This document shows positions 58,423 through 64,000 of a DNA stretch of 64,000 bases, one piece after another. The notes beneath the pieces are model-generated. The model saw only the letters and a list, made by a program, of their open reading frames with translations, was not told the DNA's origin and ran no database searches. The DNA lies in the sequence record NC_106514.1. One strand, given 5' to 3'. Every line of letters begins with the position of its first letter. Position 1 is the first letter of the stretch. This DNA comes from Escherichia phage vB_EcoS_ESCO40. A program made the translations under genes and the position numbers.

Positions 58423-58674
58423 TTACGCTACAGCTTCAAATTTTTCGTTCCGCTGGACAACCTTTACAACGTCGCCGGATTTAACCCGAACGTTATAAAT
58501 AGTTTTCCCGTTGTTACTCCGTTCCGTTTCAGCATATACCGCATCAATCACATCGAACGGCATAAGCGCCGCGCCTTTGATGCGTTCGGCCTTTCCAGTT
58601 GCCTCATCCGTTTTAGTAACGAAAGGAATAAAAACGGATTGACCAATTTTAGGCGCGGTAATAACGTTTTTCAT
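58423..58674 (-). CDS. hypothetical protein (83 aa)
   Basis: ORF in the leftward pre-early operon. Confidence 0.45.
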   Translation of the reverse strand: MKNVITAPKIGQSVFIPFVTKTDEATGKAERIKGAALMPFDVIDAVYAETERSNNGKTIYNVRVKSGDVVKVVQRNEKFEAVA

Positions 58675-58901
58675 AGTATAAACTCCTAGTTATTTGGGGA
58701 TTGTTCCGCATTACCTGCTAGAAAGTAGCAGGTAATAAGAAAAAATCCGCTCGCCAATATAATCAATTTAAAGAACTCCACTCAGGCCGCTATATCCCAG
58801 TTAGGGGGCGGGACACATTATGGTAAGTGCCGACCGTCAAATTGTATCAAGTTATCGCTCTTATCGAACTGGGTACATCTTAAAGCCTATCGGCTAGGGT
58901 G

Positions 58902-59105
58902 TCAAACAATTTTTTGCAGTTTTTTATGATTTTCTTTCAGGTCAATCATAATATTTCGCCAGATCATTTCCAGACCTTGCTGGCGGCCTTTCTTGTACTG
59001 CGTGAATCTATATCTTACGGATTGTTGAGCTATTGTCAACAATTTTTTAGTATTGCCATCCAATTTTTTGGCTGGTTTACCAGTTATCAAAAGCGTTTGT
59101 TTCAT
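58902..59105 (-). CDS. hypothetical basic protein (67 aa)
   Basis: Lys/Arg-rich ORF; AAGGA RBS 9 nt upstream on the minus strand. Confidence 0.45.
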   Translation of the reverse strand: MKQTLLITGKPAKKLDGNTKKLLTIAQQSVRYRFTQYKKGRQQGLEMIWRNIMIDLKENHKKLQKIV

Positions 59106-59725
59106 ATCTGCGATTCCTTATATAATTGATAAGTTTACCGCCGATAGACTTTAAGATATACCCAATTTTTAAAGAGCGCGGCGGTAAACTTCCCGCCGTT
59201 GTAGTCCGTTGCCGTCCTACGAGATAAATAATAGCAAATACCAAAAATGGCGCAACCTTATTTTTGTAAAGAAACGTAAAGAAAGCAACACGTCCGGCGT
59301 TCACCTAAGTTTAAAGGAAACGGGCGCGCGAATACCACAAAACACAGCAGATAGGCAAGTAATTTTTTCATTTATATTTGCCTTGCCCTACTTGACAAAA
59401 CTTAAAAAGCTCAAGGCGACGATAAACGGCTTATCCCTTTATGATGGCATACCTGAAAATTTTACCGCTTTCTAGGACGTTTTAGGCGGCTTATTTTCGA
59501 CTTAACAAATATTTAACAAAAGCAAAATTGAAAAATAGTTTGAAAAGATATTGACTTTTTAAAATCAAGATTAAACGAGTTATTTTATAAAATTAATTAA
59601 TTGACTTTTATTTGACGTTGTGTATTAGAAAGATAGCAGACTAATAATTGCTAGGATGATAATCATGCTGGTGGATTGTAACAGCCTGAACTATTAGCAG
59701 ACTATTAATCACGGAAAATCTCATT

Positions 59726-59754
59726 AGCCAACTAACTATTTCCTGAGTTATAAT
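59726..59754 (+). promoter_or_regulatory. promoter-like element with T5-type downstream leader (P10)
   Basis: TATAAT followed by ATAAGCATAAATTAATGAGAT matching the conserved leader of the early promoters; weak -35 (AGCCAA). Confidence 0.45.
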
Positions 59755-59805
59755 ATAAGCATAAATTAATGAGATAATAATAATTATAAGAAATCGTAAC
59801 CAATA

Positions 59806-59897
59806 GAAATAATAACTATAAAAATAATAACTATAAAAATAATAACTATAAAAATAATAACTATAAAAATAATAACTATAAAAATAATAACTATAAG
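59806..59897. repeat. 15-bp tandem repeat, about 6 copies
   Basis: AATAACTATAAAAAT repeated head to tail. Confidence 0.9.
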
Positions 59898-59934
59898 AAA
59901 CTATCGGCCTAAGTGAGAACCACTATCATTTAAG

Positions 59935-59943
59935 TTATCCACA
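59935..59943 (+). promoter_or_regulatory. DnaA box (perfect 9-mer)
   Basis: TTATCCACA. Confidence 0.5.
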
Positions 59944-59994
59944 AGTTTATTAACAGCACTTTTTGACTTGACACGATAGGCGGCGATATAAGGG

Positions 59995-60044
59995 CTTATC
60001 CACAGACTTATCCACAGGTTATCCTACTGTATAAATATACAGGG
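59995..60044 (+). promoter_or_regulatory. composite element A: two tandem DnaA boxes plus a LexA-box-like palindrome
   Basis: TTATCCACA at 59996-60004 and 60008-60016, then TACTGTATAAATATACAGGG (CTGT-N8-ACAG) at 60025-60044. Confidence 0.55.
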
Positions 60045-60308
60045 TAGAAAGGTAGTGTTAACAACTGCAATCAATTTTAAGCGGCCTAAATCGCTTTCTA
60101 ACGAGCTAAATGCAGTGGGGTAATATTAAAGTAAAGCCTTCACCCGCCGCCCTGGTGGCTTCGCCGTGTTTTGCTCTTTACTATACCGCTGCGCGGTTAG
60201 CATAAAACTAGGCGTTAGGCAAGGAAAATAAAAAGGTAAAATAATATTTGCCCCTAGAAAGAAAATACCCTTATCATTCACTCACCGATTAACGAGGGAG
60301 TCCAACAA

Positions 60309-61286
60309 ATGAGGCTGTATAAACCAGATAATGCCACCGTCTTAAAAGGTGCGCTGCGCAACCTGCTGGACGGTAGCAGAACAACCAGCATTAAGCACTT
60401 TGTTAACAAGGCCGAAGATATTCACCAAAATTTTTTTGATGATTTCGATGCCTATGATATGAGTAGTTTTTTGCAATTGTATAAGCAAGGGGCAACGCTT
60501 GTTTTGTATAATCGAGATAATCACCTGCTTACTAGTAGGGGGCCGGATACTGATTTTATAATTGTAAAAGGTAGCACAGTAAAAGCCTATGACACTGGGG
60601 CGGGCTTAGAAGTTTTTTCAATAGAAAACTATGAAGCCAACCCCAATGATCTTTATGACGTTGAAAACTTTCTTGATTCATTTTGGCGTTATTTATCAGT
60701 TGGCTGGAATCGGTCAATTGGTGACGGTTATCGTCTGGCGGCTGTAATGGCTTTTGATGATGATGGCAATTTTTTGCTACCGTCGGAAATATACCCTTAC
60801 GTATATGATGGGGATATAGAAAGCGCGGGCTTTTCTTTCTGGAAGGAGGAAGATCAGCCTATTGACAATATAGAAAAACATGCGGTAAATTCTAACGCTC
60901 AAACCATTGAAAACAAAGGAAAAAATACCATGACCAAGATCGCTAATATCGTTGCCGCTAATAAGTCTGCCGTTGTAAATGCTGCAAAATTGGAAGCGGG
61001 TAAAATTGCACTGACTCAAATCACGAAAGTAGCGGCTAAAAAAGCGCCGTTTATGATTAAAGGCTATATTGATACGCCTATCGGTCGGGTAGTGATTGCT
61101 AACCTGCTTAGCGTGGTGGTTGACCAGTATGCCCCTAGCAACCAGAAAGCGAAAGCGGTAGCGGGTGCAGCTATGGAAGCGGCTATGTTAGAAATGGTGC
61201 AAAGTTTTAACATTGCTGAAATGATTGACGAAATGGTGAAAGGTATTGATATTTCTACTTTTACCGTTAACACCGAAAACGAGTAA
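60309..61286 (+). CDS. hypothetical protein (325 aa)
   Basis: GAGGGAG RBS 9 nt upstream; no motif recognised; first gene of the rightward cassette. Confidence 0.6.
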   Translation: MRLYKPDNATVLKGALRNLLDGSRTTSIKHFVNKAEDIHQNFFDDFDAYDMSSFLQLYKQGATLVLYNRDNHLLTSRGPDTDFIIVKGSTVKAYDTGAGLEVFSIENYEANPNDLYDVENFLDSFWRYLSVGWNRSIGDGYRLAAVMAFDDDGNFLLPSEIYPYVYDGDIESAGFSFWKEEDQPIDNIEKHAVNSNAQTIENKGKNTMTKIANIVAANKSAVVNAAKLEAGKIALTQITKVAAKKAPFMIKGYIDTPIGRVVIANLLSVVVDQYAPSNQKAKAVAGAAMEAAMLEMVQSFNIAEMIDEMVKGIDISTFTVNTENE

Positions 61287-61313
61287 TAGTTAACCTAGTG
61301 TAAAGTTTTGTAA

Positions 61314-61340
61314 AGGTCGCCATAATCGGCGGCCTTTTTT
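61314..61340 (+). terminator. intrinsic terminator
   Basis: GGTCGCC/GGCGGCC hairpin (one G-U pair) followed by TTTTTT. Confidence 0.6.
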
Positions 61341-61348
61341 GTTATAAT
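61340..61348 (+). promoter_or_regulatory. extended -10 promoter element
   Basis: TGTTATAAT (TGn-TATAAT) directly after the terminator T-tract. Confidence 0.4.
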
Positions 61349-61405
61349 GCCTTTACACCAAAACGGTGGATTGAAAATTTTCCCAAAAAATTTTGGAGGC
61401 TTAAA

Positions 61406-61636
61406 ATGGTTGCTTACTCTTCTTCTGACGCTCTTTTCACTGGAAAAGGCTGGGTATCAAATCGCTGGATCATTCAAGAAATGGTGCAAGAATATGGCAT
61501 TGCTAAAACTTACACTACCATTCAGGCGCTTTATGATAATGATCAAATCGATCAGCAAACGGCGGGCTTTTTGCTGGATACCCTAAAAGCGGAACATTGT
61601 ACTAAAAAACAAGCCGCAAAAATTATTTTAATGTAA
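61406..61636 (+). CDS. hypothetical protein (76 aa)
   Basis: GGAGG RBS 7 nt before ATG. Confidence 0.55.
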   Translation: MVAYSSSDALFTGKGWVSNRWIIQEMVQEYGIAKTYTTIQALYDNDQIDQQTAGFLLDTLKAEHCTKKQAAKIILM

Positions 61637-61682
61637 TTAATAACGGGGCGTTATTTTCGCCCCGCTAACTAGGAGAATGAAA

Positions 61683-61832
61683 ATGGTTATTTTTCGAGCT
61701 ATTCTGGCGGGTATCTTGGGCGCTATTTTATCACTTTTTGCCATAGCTTTCGGCGTTCACGCGGTTATTGTTGGCGCGGGTATCGCTGTATTTTCTTATC
61801 TGCTGGGCTGCATGACTAGTAAAGGAGAATAA
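61683..61832 (+). CDS. small membrane protein (49 aa)
   Basis: AGGAG 7 nt upstream; almost entirely hydrophobic (two predicted helices); not in the ORF track because it is under 60 aa. Confidence 0.45.
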   Translation: MVIFRAILAGILGAILSLFAIAFGVHAVIVGAGIAVFSYLLGCMTSKGE

Positions 61833-61834
61833 AA

Positions 61835-62047
61835 ATGATTCGTAACGTTTCCCTTGCTCGTTCAAAGGGTTTTAGGCTGGTGGACGTTAACACGTTCGAG
61901 CGGGAAGACTGTAAAATCGAATATGTAGCACGGAATAAAAACGCCTTCCGTGTTACAGAAAAGAAATTCGATAAGCGCGGCAACGTGATCGCTGAAACGG
62001 TTAAATATTTTGCCACCTTTTACGCTGCGTTTCGTGGGGTACTATGA
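61835..62047 (+). CDS. hypothetical protein (70 aa)
   Basis: AAGGAGAA RBS; Lys/Arg-rich. Confidence 0.55.
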   Translation: MIRNVSLARSKGFRLVDVNTFEREDCKIEYVARNKNAFRVTEKKFDKRGNVIAETVKYFATFYAAFRGVL

Positions 62048-62178
62048 AAAACGTTATTATTATTATTATCCTTGCAATGGTTGGCGGTTTTACCGCCACC
62101 TTGTTTAAGAATGACCCCCTTTTACTGGGGGTTTTTATGCTTTTATCAGGCTATCTGATCGGGAGGATATGCAAATGA
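62044..62178 (+). CDS. small membrane protein (44 aa)
   Basis: Start overlaps upstream stop (ATGA); hydrophobic VIIIIILAMVGGFTATLF and LLLGVFMLLSGYLIG; under 60 aa. Confidence 0.4.
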   Translation: MKNVIIIIILAMVGGFTATLFKNDPLLLGVFMLLSGYLIGRICK

Positions 62179-62519
62179 TCATTTACGAGGGCAATCGTTT
62201 TGTTACTAATTGCCGCCCAGCATTATTAGCAAACTATTTAAACCAGCTTTCGCCAGCTTATAAGGGCGTTATTAATATTTATGAAGGCAAGGCGCACTAT
62301 AAAATCAATGCGGTCGTTGCCCGTGAACTAGCGTTTCAATTTTTGACCTTTGCATCTTGCGACGTTCAGGTTATGGGTGAGGCATTAATCGCAGAAAATG
62401 AAGATGATTTTATTAATATTTTCCGTAAGGTGTGCACCGAGCGCCTGATAATGAAAGGCGCATATATTCAATCCACGGCTGATAGTATTGAAACAGCGTT
62501 TCGAAAGGTGGCGCAATGA
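62169..62519 (+). CDS. hypothetical protein (116 aa)
   Basis: GGGAGG RBS upstream; no motif recognised. Confidence 0.55.
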   Translation: MQMIIYEGNRFVTNCRPALLANYLNQLSPAYKGVINIYEGKAHYKINAVVARELAFQFLTFASCDVQVMGEALIAENEDDFINIFRKVCTERLIMKGAYIQSTADSIETAFRKVAQ

Positions 62520-62611
62520 GATTATATATTTTCGCGGGCAATGTTGAGGCTGCAAATGATTCCGCTGGTGGCGATAACGTTCGCCACTACTGGCAAAAAT
62601 ATATTTACTAG
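62516..62611 (+). CDS. hypothetical small protein (31 aa)
   Basis: Start overlaps upstream stop (ATGA), fills an otherwise empty 100-bp gap. Confidence 0.3.
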   Translation: MRLYIFAGNVEAANDSAGGDNVRHYWQKYIY

Positions 62612-62619
62612 GGGTTACT

Positions 62620-62814
62620 ATGAGCAATAAAATTATTGTGACCAAAACCACCACAACGGTTGACGTTTTTTATGTGCCCGATACGCCGGAAAACCGGCAA
62701 GCGGTCGAACGTGGTGAATATGATAGCGTAATTTATGACGCTGATGGTTATTATCAGCATTTGGTCGATTCCTATGGGGAAGAGGAGAAGATCACGCATC
62801 AATTACCAGACTGA
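62620..62814 (+). CDS. small acidic protein (64 aa)
   Basis: About 14 Asp/Glu against about 5 Lys/Arg; last gene before a terminator. Confidence 0.55.
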   Translation: MSNKIIVTKTTTTVDVFYVPDTPENRQAVERGEYDSVIYDADGYYQHLVDSYGEEEKITHQLPD

Positions 62815-62820
62815 CAACAA

Positions 62821-62844
62821 ACGGGGAGCAGATCCCCGTTTTTC
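62821..62844 (+). terminator. intrinsic terminator
   Basis: ACGGGGA-GCAGA-TCCCCGT hairpin followed by TTTTCAC. Confidence 0.7.
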
Positions 62845-62954
62845 ACACCTGCAACCAGATAACCCCTTGTTTTAGTATCCCCGCCAAAATTAAACGCGTT
62901 AGAATGCGATCTAGGACGTTTTAAGCCTATATTAGAATTATTCACTGCATAGGA

Positions 62955-63064
62955 ATACTGTATAAATATACAGTAGAATAACCTGGGGATAAGTCTGTGG
63001 ATAACGCTTCAAAATGGCTAGGATTCTGTCAAGGCAAATCGTGCTGTTGATAAGTCTGTGGATA
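62955..63064 (-). promoter_or_regulatory. composite element B: LexA-box-like palindrome plus two DnaA boxes, inverted relative to element A
   Basis: TACTGTATAAATATACAGTA at 62955-62974 (one mismatch to the SOS-box consensus as recalled); TGTGGATAA at 62995-63003 and 63056-63064. Confidence 0.55.
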
Positions 63065-63093
63065 ACCTAAATAACAGTGTTTCTCACTTCCAT

Positions 63094-63290
63094 TCTTAAA
63101 TGAGAATCATTATCATTCGCATTCCACTATCTAACCGATAATCATTTCCTTTCTTAAATGAGAATCATTTCACTTTTTGAATAGTTCTCATTCTCTTTCT
63201 TAAATGAGAATCAATCTCATTTCATTTTCTAAATGCGAATTATTATCATTCTCATTCCGCTTTTTAAATGATAATGATTCTCATTATCAT
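63094..63290. repeat. array of about 5 AT-rich direct repeats (TCTTAAATGAGAATCAT-type)
   Basis: Copies at about 63094, 63153, 63198, 63227 and 63262; the last contains GATAATGATTCTCATTATC, 17 of 19 matches to the Fur-box consensus as recalled. Confidence 0.7.
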
Positions 63291-63328
63291 TCGCATTCAG
63301 GCGAGCAGGGCAATTGCCCTGCGCTTTT

Positions 63329-63929
63329 GTGCAAATCCGACAATTGCTCCAAGGGTTACGTGCTGGCGTGTATGTGCAAATCCGACAATTTTTGGTAGTG
63401 TGCAAATCCGACCCGAAAAATTTTTATAGTGTGCGAATCCGACAATGAATTTTCCTAAAAACTCCAGCAATCACGAACTGCGTTCGAATCCTGTGGGATA
63501 TGTGCAAATCCGACACGGTTTTTCTAGGATTAAGATGTGCGAATCCGATGAAGTTTTTGTGAGTTCGATTGGAAGGTGTGTGATTGTATGGGTTTGTGGA
63601 GAAGGTGAGAGAGCGAGAGAAATTTGGTGGGCTAGAAGGATGTGGTCGCAGGATTGGTGTGGAGCACCTGGTTTGCGGGGATTTTGGGGAAGAGTTGAGA
63701 TAATTTGGGGAAATTTGAGATAGGTGCAGAAAAAGTAAAATTTTATTAGCAAAATGGGGCAAAATAGCTTGACAAGTGAAAATTCTTGTGGCTCTAAAAA
63801 CTCAGGCAATCATGGGCCTTCGGCCCGAAATAATGCTGCTATTTTCAGGAGAGTAAGAGTTCCTAAAAACTTAGGCGTTTGTGCAAATCCGACCATAAAT
63901 TTCTAGAAACACAATGTGCGAATCCGACA
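63329..63929 (+). repeat. eight dispersed direct copies of a 14-bp motif GTGC(A/G)AATCCGA(C/T)
   Basis: Copies at 63329, 63374, 63400, 63431, 63502, 63537, 63881 and 63916, all in the same orientation, each followed within 12 nt by a T-run. Confidence 0.85.
63575..63730 (+). other. G+T-rich strand-asymmetric tract
   Basis: About 150 nt almost devoid of C on the plus strand (GGTGTGTGATTGTATGGGTTTGTGGAGAAGGTGAGAGAGCGAGAG...). Confidence 0.7.
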
Positions 63930-63970
63930 GTAATTTCTGGAAATGTGTTTTCAAAAAATGTCTTCTAGAA

Positions 63971-64000
63971 ATAACCGCCCTCCCTATAACCGCCCTCCCT
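63971..64000 (+). repeat. 15-bp direct repeat, 2 copies, at window edge
   Basis: ATAACCGCCCTCCCT twice in tandem. Confidence 0.8.

Noticed and set aside
61644-61664. Hairpin CGGGGCG/CGCCCCG as an intrinsic terminator
   Set aside because: The T-run is in the loop rather than after the stem, so it does not meet the terminator pattern; kept only as a possible RNA structure
59666-62571. Chi sites (GCTGGTGG at 59666 and 62564)
   Set aside because: Two occurrences in 64 kb is about what chance predicts, so no enrichment can be claimed
63329-63929. CRISPR array
   Set aside because: Repeats are only 14 bp, imperfect, irregularly spaced and without cas genes nearby; the 15-bp and 21-bp arrays elsewhere are simple tandem repeats with no spacers
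1-64000. Integrase, repressor or attachment site indicating a temperate element
   Set aside because: No tyrosine or serine recombinase motifs and no CI/Cro-like switch were seen; gene content is that of a virulent phage

Overview
The window reads as a virulent T5-like siphovirus genome (Tequintavirus-type organisation), judged from gene order, protein sizes and motifs; no database search was run. Positions 1-25301 are a rightward early/replication block: a Sir2-like protein, a HAD-like protein, an SF2 helicase-domain initiator-like protein, a split NAD-dependent DNA ligase, DnaB-like helicase, DnaG-like primase, family A DNA polymerase, a second SF2 helicase, SbcCD-like nuclease, flap endonuclease and dUTPase, driven by a family of near-identical strong sigma70-type promoters. 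Positions 25687-52764 are a leftward late block: a two-part L-shaped tail fibre, baseplate, tape measure, tail tube, neck, capsid, protease, portal, terminase and a pb5-like receptor-binding protein. A divergent lipoprotein gene (llp-like) and four translationally coupled small membrane-protein genes follow. Positions 54609-59105 are a leftward, higher-GC pre-early-like block (dmp-like, A2-like, A1-like and four small genes). Positions 60309-62814 hold a rightward cassette of uncharacterised genes bracketed by inverted elements that combine DnaA boxes with a near-consensus LexA (SOS) box, and 62850-64000 is a repeat-dense non-coding region resembling an injection-stop or terminal-repeat region. 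The best candidates for something undescribed are that bracketed cassette and the host-factor-like site arrays around it, plus the four-gene small membrane-protein cluster next to llp.
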